The notes below the pieces were generated by a model that was not told the origin of the DNA, ran no database searches, and saw only the letters and a program-made list of their open reading frames with translations. Made by a program: the position numbers and the translations under genes. A stretch of DNA of 64,000 nt, taken from assembly GCA_963806645.1 (NCBI GenBank), contig CAWDYQ010000002.1:200050-264049 (forward strand), in the 5' to 3' direction. Below are positions 45,814 through 54,922 of this stretch, piece after piece (within the stretch, counting starts at the first letter, position 1; each line of letters opens with the position of its first letter). This DNA comes from Candidatus Bathyarchaeota archaeon (lineage in GTDB: Archaea > Thermoproteota > Bathyarchaeia > Bathyarchaeales > Bathyarchaeaceae).

Positions 45814-46641
45814 ATGGATTTCATTGGAGCCCTTCTGATTTTCGTATTTGGTTTCGTTGTCGGTGTGCCTTCAGCGATGGTTGGACTGGGGGGCGGAATC
45901 ATCATAGTCCCGGCTTTAATTGTGCTTTTCCAAATACCAGCCCAAAACGCGATAGCAATTAGTTTGGTGGCAATAACTGGCACAACCGTTTCCGCTACCA
46001 TTGGCTACATAAGAGCAAAACAAGTTGACTACAGGCTAGGTCTATTATATGACATACTCGACGTTCCAGGTATTGTTCTAGGAGCATACCTGACCACTTT
46101 TTTGCCAGAAAACATTTTGGCGGGCATCTGTGGTGTCTTCATTCTTTTCATTACAATATTTCTTTTAAGAAGCAAAAGAAAACCTGAGGCTCCTATTTCA
46201 ATAACCGGAGAAAGAAGCACCAGAGAATGGAATAGGACTGTAATCGACCATAAAGGTCGAGCAGTCACCTATGCTCTTAGGAATCCACTATTAGCATTAG
46301 CTAGCAGTTTTGTAGGAGGACTCGTGACTGGGTTGGCTGGTTTAGGGGGTGGAATAACTGACGTTTCATCGATGATTCTGCTTGGTATCCCCACCCCCAT
46401 TGCGGTTGCGTCCGCTGAGTTTGCTATGGCTATCACAAACGGAGTAGGTGTAATTACCCACGGTTTACTAAACAATCTTCTACTCGAATATGCGATTCCT
46501 ATAACAATAGGAACTATTATCGGAGCCCAAATAGGAGTTGTTCTTGGAAGGCGTGTAAAAGGAAAAACGATAAGAAACCTTCTTGCACTTCTTGCTATCT
46601 TATCCGCATTAAGGCTAATCTACTTCTTCTTCACAAACTAA
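45814..46641 (+). CDS. TauE/SafE family (sulfite exporter-like) membrane protein
   Basis: Two repeats with GLGGG motifs, about 8 TM segments; ATG at 45814 likely. Confidence 0.9.
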   Translation: MDFIGALLIFVFGFVVGVPSAMVGLGGGIIIVPALIVLFQIPAQNAIAISLVAITGTTVSATIGYIRAKQVDYRLGLLYDILDVPGIVLGAYLTTFLPENILAGICGVFILFITIFLLRSKRKPEAPISITGERSTREWNRTVIDHKGRAVTYALRNPLLALASSFVGGLVTGLAGLGGGITDVSSMILLGIPTPIAVASAEFAMAITNGVGVITHGLLNNLLLEYAIPITIGTIIGAQIGVVLGRRVKGKTIRNLLALLAILSALRLIYFFFTN

Positions 46642-46704
46642 CTCGTAAGTGTCTATAATTTTTTTGAACATGCGCTCAATAATTAGTGTTATAATAAACG
46701 TATG

Positions 46705-47218
46705 TTAAAGGAGCATGCTCTTAGCGTCTATGGAAAGGTGGAGTTTGTAGCCTAAAGCGAACATTCTGCCTGCTCTTCCAACCCGTGCATCATCATCAGA
46801 GTAACCCTTTTGGCTGTCCAGTGGATGGCGTGTGCTCCATGCCTTTATGAAAGAAGCATCCAATACAGCGTCAAAATCTCTCACATGATTGCCATTCAAG
46901 AGTTTGATGACTTTTTCCTCTATTATCTTGTTAAGTTTGTCTTCTCCAACTTTTTGACTGAACCTGCTTAGAACGCTTCTAGGATACGCTGTTTCCCCTT
47001 TCTTTATCAGGCACAGTTTTCTGAGTCTTGGATCCACGTCAAGCAGTCTGGTCATTTCTCTTAGGCTGCGAACGCCTTTCATTTTCATAACAATAAATGT
47101 TCTAAAAAGTCCCATTGGATTTCTGGGGGGTCTACCTGGACCAGATACGTGAAAACAATCCCGCAAAACGTTCTCGGCAAAACTTAAGTCGATGTTTTCA
47201 AAGAAAATTGCGCGCGCT
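46705..47218 (-). pseudogene. Truncated DDE transposase remnant (IS4/IS5-like)
   Basis: GPGRPP, SLREM and LSRF N-terminal region; first catalytic Asp (VLDASFIKA), DDDARVG and GYKLHL; stops before the remaining catalytic residues. Confidence 0.82.
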
Positions 47219-47453
47219 AAAGGTAAAGTAGTTTACACCTAAAGGGCTTTGAAAAGAGGACTAACCCCCAAACGCGCCTGTCCATCATTTCTCTGCTTTT
47301 TAGCATCAGACTAATCCTGGATGTCCTTATAGGATAATCAGAAAGTTTTTGAATGAATTAGTATTGCAATCAATAACTTTTTAGCTGAAGATCCATTGTC
47401 GGCATTTAGTAGATTAAGCGTTAGTAGTTGGCGGACAATTATTTTGCCTTAAG

Positions 47454-48683
47454 ATGATGGAAGTAATTAAGATGAGTTTCCTTAATCCTTTGATTGTTTT
47501 TGCAATTTCCATCATAATCTTTCTTATTATGCTTTATCGAAAAGCAGGTTTGGGTATTTCGTTAACGGTTACTGCATTATTGATGAGTTTGTTATCCGTT
47601 GGAGTTTCCGGAACGACCACAGTTCTAATCGAAACATGTATGGACCCCGTCACCTTAACTTTAGTTTTGGCTAGTTTCTTCATCATGGTTCTGAGTATAC
47701 TCTACAAAGAAACGGGTTTAGTAAATACTTTAACTTCAAGCTTAGGTGGTTTCATAAAAAACTCCAAATTAATGGTCAGCCTTCTTCCTGCCGTTATAGG
47801 ACTGTTACCCGTGGCAGGGGGAGCTCTAATGTCTGCGCCAATGGTAGAGGCTGAAGCAGATAAATTAGGATTGGACGAAACAAAAAAAACGTACATAAAC
47901 ATCTGGTTTCGCCACTCCATCCTGCCGGTTTACCCAATAAGCCAATTTATCATACTGACAGCTGCATTAACCGGAACCTCCATAGACGCTCTCATAGCAA
48001 GACAAGTTATCGTTGTAACAGTCATGATTGCAGTTGGATACTTCATAGGTTTAAGAAAAACGAGAACTATAAAAATTGATAAAAGAAAAGTAAAAAACAA
48101 TCCGAAAGCAAACATGAAATGGTTAGTTTATTCTTTTTTACCAATAATATTCACAGTGATTCTAACAGCAGCATTTAACTTGAACATTGCAGCAGCAACA
48201 CTAGTGGGTGTCACCACAATATTGGTGATCACAAGAACTAAAGTAACCACTTTCCCAAAACTTTTAAAAAACAAAGCATTATGGGAAGTTACTTTAGCGG
48301 CTTTCGGCGCGTTGCTACTTAAAAACGTTACAATAGTTTCTGGCGCTTCAGAGATTCTAGGTAGCACATTAGTAAACGCTAACCTGCATCCAATCGTACT
48401 GCTTTCAGTTGTCCCAGCGGTTCTAGGATTTCTTCTCGGTTCCCCATCAGGAGCAATCGCTCTCAGCGTTCCAATCTTGGCAGAAACATTCACGTTTATT
48501 CCTAAAACTGCAAGCCTACTCTATATTTCAGCCTATCTTGGTTACCTGATTGCTCCTACACATCTCTGTCTTGTCTTCACAGCACAGTATTTTAAGGCAC
48601 CAATAAGTAAAAGCTACAAGTACCTGTTACCATCAACAATAATCGCAATAGGCGCTGCGCTTATAACTTATCTAATTATATAA
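47454..48683 (+). CDS. DUF401-like multi-pass membrane protein (ion-transporter superfamily)
   Basis: PAVIGLLPVAGGALMSAPMV, NIWFRH and PTHLCL motifs; about 11 TM segments. Confidence 0.8.
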   Translation: MMEVIKMSFLNPLIVFAISIIIFLIMLYRKAGLGISLTVTALLMSLLSVGVSGTTTVLIETCMDPVTLTLVLASFFIMVLSILYKETGLVNTLTSSLGGFIKNSKLMVSLLPAVIGLLPVAGGALMSAPMVEAEADKLGLDETKKTYINIWFRHSILPVYPISQFIILTAALTGTSIDALIARQVIVVTVMIAVGYFIGLRKTRTIKIDKRKVKNNPKANMKWLVYSFLPIIFTVILTAAFNLNIAAATLVGVTTILVITRTKVTTFPKLLKNKALWEVTLAAFGALLLKNVTIVSGASEILGSTLVNANLHPIVLLSVVPAVLGFLLGSPSGAIALSVPILAETFTFIPKTASLLYISAYLGYLIAPTHLCLVFTAQYFKAPISKSYKYLLPSTIIAIGAALITYLII

Positions 48684-48726
48684 AGTGCACAAAATTTAAT
48701 CTACAACACAAGAATGGTTTACAGTA

Positions 48727-49041
48727 ATGAATCCCACGAAAAAAATTGCGCTTAAACGTATTAATATACTCTTCAAATTAGCCAAAGAAGTGATTCATGA
48801 AGATCCTGAACGGGCACAAATTTATGTTCAGATTGCACGGAAAATAGCAATGAGAACCAGGTTGAATATGCCAAAAGAATACAGAAGGCTAATTTGTAAA
48901 CAATGTAAAAGATTTATCTTACCGGGGGTGAACTGTCGTATCCGTATACAACAGAGAAGGGAACCTCACATGGTAATTACATGCTTAAATTGTGGTAGAC
49001 ACTCCCGTATCCCACTAAAAAGTAGGGAAAAACAATGTTAA
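48727..49041 (+). CDS. rnp4: RNase P protein Rpp21
   Basis: IALKRINILF, CKQC...PG and CLNCG zinc ribbon. Confidence 0.93.
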   Translation: MNPTKKIALKRINILFKLAKEVIHEDPERAQIYVQIARKIAMRTRLNMPKEYRRLICKQCKRFILPGVNCRIRIQQRREPHMVITCLNCGRHSRIPLKSREKQC

Positions 49042-49316
49042 CGCCAAAAGTGAAGCGGCGAATAATGCGTGCGCTTAGGGAAGAGAGACCAACGGTATGG
49101 GTAGGAAAAGAAGGAACAACAGTCCAGATAATTACCGAGGTTGCCAAACAGCTTGACGCAAGAGAGATGATTAAAGTAAAAATTCAGAAAAATGCTCTCA
49201 AAGAAGAAGAGGCAAAAAACATCGCAATTAAGATTGCACAGCAAACAGAGTCAGAACTCGTTGAAGTTCGTGGTCACACATTCCTTCTTTACAAACGCAA
49301 GTCCAAAAAGGAGTGA
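49035..49316 (+). CDS. YhbY/CRM-domain RNA-binding protein
   Basis: PTVWVGKEG, EMIKVK and VRGHTFLLY motifs. Confidence 0.92.
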   Translation: MLTPKVKRRIMRALREERPTVWVGKEGTTVQIITEVAKQLDAREMIKVKIQKNALKEEEAKNIAIKIAQQTESELVEVRGHTFLLYKRKSKKE

Positions 49317-49416
49317 AATCTTTATAACCTTGCAAGAAACTTTGTCTTGCAAGACCACGAAACTAATATAAGACATTCTTTGTCCCTTAGTGAATGAAAA
49401 ATAGGAAGAAGAAGCA

Positions 49417-49872
49417 TTGCCAACACCTTACGACATTCCTTCATCAGTTCTCATCGAGAGGCTAGCTAAGCATCTGAAAGAAGAAGTGGATGAAATAACT
49501 CCACCCGCATGGACCCTCTTCGCAAAAACTGGTGTTCATACTCAGAGACCACCCACTAATCCTGATTGGTGGTTTATTCGATCCGCATCTGTGTTACGGA
49601 AAATCTACGTTAAAGGGCCAATAGGGATCGAAATGCTCCGTCAAGAATACGGCGGAAGAATAGATAGGGGAGCAAAACCTGAACATGCCGCAAAAGGTAG
49701 CGGATCCATAATTAGAAATGTTATTCACCAGCTTCAGGCAGCCGGTCTCGTTAAATCATACAGAACTGAAGGAAGAGTGGTAACGAGTGAGGGAAGACGA
49801 CTTTTAGATAGGTTGTCCACCGAAATCAAGAAGGATCTAGAGAAGATTGAACCTGAACTAGCAAAATATTAG
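49417..49872 (+). CDS. rps19e: 30S ribosomal protein S19e
   Basis: KTGVH, DWWFIRSASVLRKIY, GPIG, YGG and GSGSIIR motifs. Confidence 0.97.
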   Translation: MPTPYDIPSSVLIERLAKHLKEEVDEITPPAWTLFAKTGVHTQRPPTNPDWWFIRSASVLRKIYVKGPIGIEMLRQEYGGRIDRGAKPEHAAKGSGSIIRNVIHQLQAAGLVKSYRTEGRVVTSEGRRLLDRLSTEIKKDLEKIEPELAKY

Positions 49873-50211
49873 GTGGATAGAGTGAGCGAAGAAGAACTTG
49901 ACGCCCTCAGAAAGAGGAGAATGCTTGAGCTACAACAGAGGATGGTAGACGAACAAAAGCAAGCTCAGGCTCAACAGCAGCTCGAAGGTCAAAAGCAAGC
50001 TTTGCTTCGCAGAATACTCACACCTGAAGCTAGGAGAAGACTTACAAACTTGAATATGGTTAAACCGGAATTTACTCAACAGCTTGAACTGCAGCTAATT
50101 CAGTTGGCTCAGCAAGGAAGAATAAATCTTCCAATAAATGATGAACAATTGAAAGAACTTCTTGTGAAGCTCCAGGCAGGCAAAAGAGACTATACAATTA
50201 GGAGAGTGTAA
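49873..50211 (+). CDS. PDCD5/TFAR19-like DNA-binding protein
   Basis: LRRILTPEARRRL...VKPE motif; standard position after rps19e. Confidence 0.93.
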   Translation: MDRVSEEELDALRKRRMLELQQRMVDEQKQAQAQQQLEGQKQALLRRILTPEARRRLTNLNMVKPEFTQQLELQLIQLAQQGRINLPINDEQLKELLVKLQAGKRDYTIRRV

Positions 50212-50214
50212 AAG

Positions 50215-50370
50215 ACGGCAAGAAACAAACCAACCGCTAAAAAACTTAGACTAGCTAAGGCTGGAAAACAGAAGAAACCTGTTCCAACATGGGTTATTGC
50301 CAAAACAGGTGGACATGTTAGATCGAATCCTAAGCGTAGACGTTGGCGACAGAGAAAGATAAAGGCTTGA
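50215..50370 (+). CDS. rpl39e: 50S ribosomal protein L39e (ACG start; absent from ORF track)
   Basis: (M)[50 protein letters not shown], 51 aa; canonical position before rpl31e. Confidence 0.95.
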   Translation, partial: TARNKPTAKKLRLAKAGKQKKPVPTWVIAKTGGHVRSNPKRRRWRQRKIKA

Positions 50371-50409
50371 GGGAGAAATTGATGGATGAACCAGTTGATT
50401 TGTCTGAAG

Positions 50410-50859
50410 TTGACAGAAGAAATAGAAGAAGAAAATGAGGATTTAGAAGAAGAATTAGAGTCAGAAGTTCCTGAGCAAGAGGAACTTGAAGAAGAATTTG
50501 AAGATGAAGAAGAATTCTTAAAAGCTAAAAGCAGGGGCGTTAGGAAAGAAAAGGTGGAAGCAGATGAGGACATCGTTGAGGAAAGGTTTTATACGATTCC
50601 TCTGGGGAAGGCTTGGATTTCCACAAGAAAGAAACGCGCTCCAAGAGCTACAAGAATTGTAAAAAGTTTTGTATTAAAGCACATGAAGGTTCGCACAGAA
50701 GCTGAAGATGAGGAAGAGGCAGAAAGGCTTGTCATAGATAACGAAGTTAACGAAAAACTTTGGAGTAGAGGAATTGAGAAGCCTCCAAGAAAGATCAGAG
50801 TTCGAGTTACAAAGGACAAGGAAGGAGTAGTAACTGTTCTTCTTGCTGAAGGAGACTAA
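50410..50859 (+). CDS. rpl31e: 50S ribosomal protein L31e with acidic N-terminal extension
   Basis: ERFYTIPL, KRAPRA and NEKLWSRGIEKPPRKIRV; start uncertain (TTG 50410 or ATG 50386). Confidence 0.93.
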   Translation: MTEEIEEENEDLEEELESEVPEQEELEEEFEDEEEFLKAKSRGVRKEKVEADEDIVEERFYTIPLGKAWISTRKKRAPRATRIVKSFVLKHMKVRTEAEDEEEAERLVIDNEVNEKLWSRGIEKPPRKIRVRVTKDKEGVVTVLLAEGD

Positions 50860-50861
50860 CT

Positions 50862-51533
50862 TTGCCGTTATTCCTCTTTGATGTCTTTGGTAACGCAAGC
50901 ATAGGAGTTTACTCACTTGTTAACGACGAAATTGCAATTGTTCCGCCGCAGGTTCCAGAGAGTAAGAGACAGAAGGTTGAGAACTGGTTGAAAGTGAAAG
51001 TTATTGCAACAACAGTTGGCAAATCAGTGATCATTGGTGCCTTAGCATGCTCAAATTCTAATGGTGTGTTGCTTCCCTCTTTTGCTGATGAGGAAGAGAT
51101 TGAGGCAATAAAATCAGCCTCTGACCTTAATGTGACAGTTATGGATACGAAAAAAACAGCTTACGGAAACATGGTTTTAGCAAACGATCACGGCGCAATA
51201 GTAGGTCCTGGGTTGGAAAGAGAAGAAGTGAATAAAATAGCAGATACTTTAGGAGTTGAAACGGTTTCCAGCGAGATAGCTGGGTTACCGTACGTTGGTG
51301 CGTTAGCAACCGCAACAAACAAAGGTGTGTTGGCTCATCCTATGTTGAAAGAAGAGGAGCGAAAAGTGTTGGAGAATGTGTTCAAGGTCCCTGTTGATGT
51401 TGGAACTGTAAACTGTGGAATACCATATGTATCTACAGGAATGTTAGGGAACAGTACTGGTGCTGTCGTGGGTCTGTTAACAACTGGACCCGAAATGTTC
51501 ATAATAGGACAAGCTCTAGATGTGGTGAGATAA
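50862..51533 (+). CDS. eif6: Translation initiation factor 6
   Basis: IGVY, NSNG, GNMVLAND, GTVNCG and TTGPE pentein repeats. Confidence 0.95.
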   Translation: MPLFLFDVFGNASIGVYSLVNDEIAIVPPQVPESKRQKVENWLKVKVIATTVGKSVIIGALACSNSNGVLLPSFADEEEIEAIKSASDLNVTVMDTKKTAYGNMVLANDHGAIVGPGLEREEVNKIADTLGVETVSSEIAGLPYVGALATATNKGVLAHPMLKEEERKVLENVFKVPVDVGTVNCGIPYVSTGMLGNSTGAVVGLLTTGPEMFIIGQALDVVR

Positions 51534-51534
51534 A

Positions 51535-51786
51535 ATGAGTGAAGTTAAAGTTTACCGTGTGTCAGGAAAAATCAACAAACCCAACTTTAAGACTGAATTT
51601 CAGAAAGAAGTTCGCGCAATGAATCCTGAAGATGCAACAGAAAAAGTTTACATGCTTTTGGGAAGCAAGCACAGAGTCAAACGTTTTCAGATGAAAATCT
51701 ATAAGGTGGAAGAGGTAAACCCCAAGGACATTAAAGATATTATTGTACGCAAGATGACTCCAGGAGCGGAAAACTCTGTCCAATGA
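51535..51786 (+). CDS. rpl18a: 50S ribosomal protein L18Ae/LX
   Basis: FQKEVRA and EKVYMLLGSKHRVKR motifs. Confidence 0.93.
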   Translation: MSEVKVYRVSGKINKPNFKTEFQKEVRAMNPEDATEKVYMLLGSKHRVKRFQMKIYKVEEVNPKDIKDIIVRKMTPGAENSVQ

Positions 51787-52243
51787 TGAAGAGAATTTTC
51801 GCAGAATGGTTATGGAGTCGCGTTACCTAGAGGAAACAGTAAACGAATTGCAGTCAAGAATTAGCATGATAAATTCGGCGATAAATGAGTTACGAGTTTC
51901 AAATGTTACATTAGAAGGATTGGAGAAAGAAAAGAAGGGTAGTCAACTTTTCGTCCCTATAGGCGGAGGCTCCTACGTTAAAGCTAAGTTAGTTACCGCA
52001 AAAAAGGTTGTTGTTGGTATAGGCGCCGATGTAGCAGTTGAAAAAACTGTTAAGGAAACAAAAGTTGATCTGGAAGCCCGAATAAAGGATATGGAGAAGA
52101 CAAGAGAAGCTTTAGGGCAGCAGCTGAATCAGGTAATTGGTCGAATTCAGGAGAACCGAGCAATACTTGAAGAGTTGTCTGCGAAGCTGAGGGAAGAAGG
52201 AGTGAATCCGAGCGGTGTTCGAGAAGCTAAGAAAAGGGCTTAG
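51776..52243 (+). CDS. pfdA: Prefoldin alpha subunit (start CTG 51776 or ATG 51806)
   Basis: Coiled coils flanking FVPIGGGSYVKA...VVVGIGADVAVEK. Confidence 0.93.
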   Translation: MSNDEENFRRMVMESRYLEETVNELQSRISMINSAINELRVSNVTLEGLEKEKKGSQLFVPIGGGSYVKAKLVTAKKVVVGIGADVAVEKTVKETKVDLEARIKDMEKTREALGQQLNQVIGRIQENRAILEELSAKLREEGVNPSGVREAKKRA

Positions 52244-53120
52244 CAGCGCCGTAAGTAAGATCGTAGTAACCGAACTGAAAGCAGAAAAGCTTCGTCCAAT
52301 TTTAGAAGAATTTAGGTTTAATCTCATTGAAAACGATGTTGCGGTGCCTGTAGCGTATTATATCAGTGAGGAATTGGAGAAGCGACTTGATGGTGTGCAG
52401 GTTAAACGGTTGGGTGACCGGAAAGATTTAGTCAAAGACACGCTTCATGATGTTTTAATTGAAATTTTGACCACTAAAGAAAAAGTTAATCTTTTAGAGA
52501 ATATTGAACAGAAGAGACTGATGAAAGAGCCATATACGATTCTTTTTGTGGGAATTAATGGAACAGGTAAAACCACCAGCATCGCAAAGGTAACCAAGTT
52601 TCTGATGAATAAGGGTTACTCAGTAGTGCTTGCTGGAAGTGACACTTATCGTGCGGGTTCTATAGAACAGTTGGAAGAGCATTCCAAGAAGTTGGGTGTG
52701 CGAATGATTAAGCACAAATATGGTGCTGATCCTGCGGCAGTTGCATATGATGCCATTAGTCATGCAGAGTCTCGAGGAATAAACGTGGTTTTGATTGACA
52801 CTGCAGGACGGATCCAAACAGACAGGAATCTTATGAGTGAATTAACCAAGATTAAGCGTGTTGTAAATCCGGATTTGACTATTCTGGTTGTTGATGCTTT
52901 AATTGGAAATGACGCGGTTATGCAGGCTGAAGAGTTTCATAAGAGCGTGAGTATCGATGGATCAATATTGACGAAGGTTGATGCTGACGTTAAAGGGGGG
53001 GCATCCTTGAGTGTTGCACATGTAACAGGCAAACCCATCGTCTTTATTGGAGTGGGACAGGACTACGAGGATTTGGAAGCTTTTGACCCAGAAAGATTTA
53101 CTAAGATGATACTAAAATAG
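52215..53120 (+). CDS. ftsY: SRP receptor FtsY
   Basis: GINGTGKTT, DTYRAG, DTAGR, TKVDAD and GVGQ motifs. Confidence 0.97.
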   Translation: MFEKLRKGLSSAVSKIVVTELKAEKLRPILEEFRFNLIENDVAVPVAYYISEELEKRLDGVQVKRLGDRKDLVKDTLHDVLIEILTTKEKVNLLENIEQKRLMKEPYTILFVGINGTGKTTSIAKVTKFLMNKGYSVVLAGSDTYRAGSIEQLEEHSKKLGVRMIKHKYGADPAAVAYDAISHAESRGINVVLIDTAGRIQTDRNLMSELTKIKRVVNPDLTILVVDALIGNDAVMQAEEFHKSVSIDGSILTKVDADVKGGASLSVAHVTGKPIVFIGVGQDYEDLEAFDPERFTKMILK

Positions 53121-53211
53121 GAAGAATAATCTTTTTTTTAAGCGAGTAATGATTAATTTAACTTACAGAACGTAGATTCTGCAGTTTCAGTTTTGAGTCT
53201 GGAGGAAATCG

Positions 53212-54879
53212 ATGTTGAGGGTTGCGATGGCACAGATCAATTCAACTGTTGGTGATTTAGAGGGAAATGTAGAGAAAATAAAGAGGTTTCTTGAAGATGC
53301 TAAACACCAAGGAAGCGATTTGGTTGTGTTTCCCGAGTTGGCTGTTACTGGTTATCCTCCTCAAGATTTACTTCTAGAAAACGGGTTTGTTGAAAAAAAC
53401 AAGAAAGTTCTACAAGAAATGATCAACTTCAATAAGATTGATATCGTCGGAGTGGTTGGTTTTGTTGATTATAAAGGAAAGGATTTGTTTAATGCCGCAG
53501 CGATCTTTAATCGGAACAAGTTGGTTGGTGTAGTTTACAAGACGTTGTTACCCACCTATGACGTCTTTGATGAGGATAGATACTTCAAACCAGCAAAAGA
53601 AATCGCGCCACTATCAGTTACATTGAACAAAAAAACCGTCAAGCTAGGTATAGAAATTTGTGAAGATCTATGGGATACCAATTATAACGTGAAAGTAACT
53701 GATTTGCTGGCAAAAAGAGGCGCAGATTTGATTGTTAACGTTTCTGCTTCGCCTTTTCTTGTTGGAAAGCATATTGAACGGAACAGGCTGTTAAAGGAAA
53801 AGTCAACTAAGAATGGTGTTCCCATATTTTATGTAAATCTTGTTGGGGGTCAAGATGAACTTGTCTTTGATGGTAATAGTATGGCAGTTGACAAACGGGG
53901 TAATTTGATAGCCTTAGCTAAACAGTTTGAGGAAGATTTGGTAATAACAGACATTGATCTATTAAATGGGTTAGCACTGAAAATTGAAGCACCTGTACAT
54001 GATAAGGTGCAGGAAATGTTTGGTGCATTAGTGTTGGGAATACGGGACTACTTTAAGAAGACAGGTTTCGAGAAGGCAGTTGTTGGCATGAGCGGTGGAA
54101 TCGATTCTTCAGTAACTGCGTACATAGCTGTTGCGGCTTTGGGAAAAGAGAATGTTATCGGAGTTTCAATGCCATCCCGATTCTCTAGTGACCACAGCAA
54201 AACAGATGCAGAGCAGTTAGCTGAAAACCTTGGGATATGTTTTGTCAAGATTGGCATCCAAGATTTTGTTAACGAGTTTCACAAAAACTTAGAGGGACCT
54301 CTGGGGCAGATACGAAGGTGTTTTGGCGTTAAAAAGGAAGATGATGATCCCGTTGCTGACGAGAACATTCAACCCAGAGCAAGAGGAAACATTCTAATGG
54401 ACATCTCCAATCGCTTAAAAGATTTGAAAATTTTGGTACTGAATACTGGAAACAAGACTGAGGTTGCCCTCGGATTTTGCACATTATATGGGGATATGGC
54501 CGGAGGAATTGGTGCGCTCGGCGACGTAAGTAAGCTTGAAGTTTACAAACTCGCAGAATACATAAACAAGAAGGAAAACAAACCGGTTATCCCAAAGAGC
54601 GTATTGGAAAAGAAACCTTCGCCTGAGCTCAAAGAGTGTCAGTTTGATCCTTTCGATTTTAACATAGTAAGCCCATTAGTTGACGAGATAATAGAAAACC
54701 GAAGAAGCATGCAAGACCTGATCAATATGGGTTATCCGAAAGAGACTGTTAAAGACACTTACAAACGAGTGAAAAACTCTGAGTATAAGAGAAGGCAGGC
54801 GACGCCATGCATCAAGATTACACCTAAAGCTTTCGGCATCGGATGGAAAATGCCCATGGTCAACAAGTACAGGGGCTAA
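53212..54879 (+). CDS. nadE: Glutamine-dependent NAD+ synthetase
   Basis: Nitrilase domain (FPEL, K, ICEDLW) fused to SGGIDS, ENIQPR, TGNKTE and SEYKRRQ. Confidence 0.95.
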   Translation: MLRVAMAQINSTVGDLEGNVEKIKRFLEDAKHQGSDLVVFPELAVTGYPPQDLLLENGFVEKNKKVLQEMINFNKIDIVGVVGFVDYKGKDLFNAAAIFNRNKLVGVVYKTLLPTYDVFDEDRYFKPAKEIAPLSVTLNKKTVKLGIEICEDLWDTNYNVKVTDLLAKRGADLIVNVSASPFLVGKHIERNRLLKEKSTKNGVPIFYVNLVGGQDELVFDGNSMAVDKRGNLIALAKQFEEDLVITDIDLLNGLALKIEAPVHDKVQEMFGALVLGIRDYFKKTGFEKAVVGMSGGIDSSVTAYIAVAALGKENVIGVSMPSRFSSDHSKTDAEQLAENLGICFVKIGIQDFVNEFHKNLEGPLGQIRRCFGVKKEDDDPVADENIQPRARGNILMDISNRLKDLKILVLNTGNKTEVALGFCTLYGDMAGGIGALGDVSKLEVYKLAEYINKKENKPVIPKSVLEKKPSPELKECQFDPFDFNIVSPLVDEIIENRRSMQDLINMGYPKETVKDTYKRVKNSEYKRRQATPCIKITPKAFGIGWKMPMVNKYRG

Positions 54880-54922
54880 TTATTTTCGCAAACAGATTCC
54901 TTTTTTGACGTTTTTGTTAGGC

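Noticed and set aside
50190-50573. Ser-rich minus-strand ORF and apparent GAA repeats
   Set aside because: Antisense shadow of rpl39e/rpl31e; the low complexity comes from Glu codons
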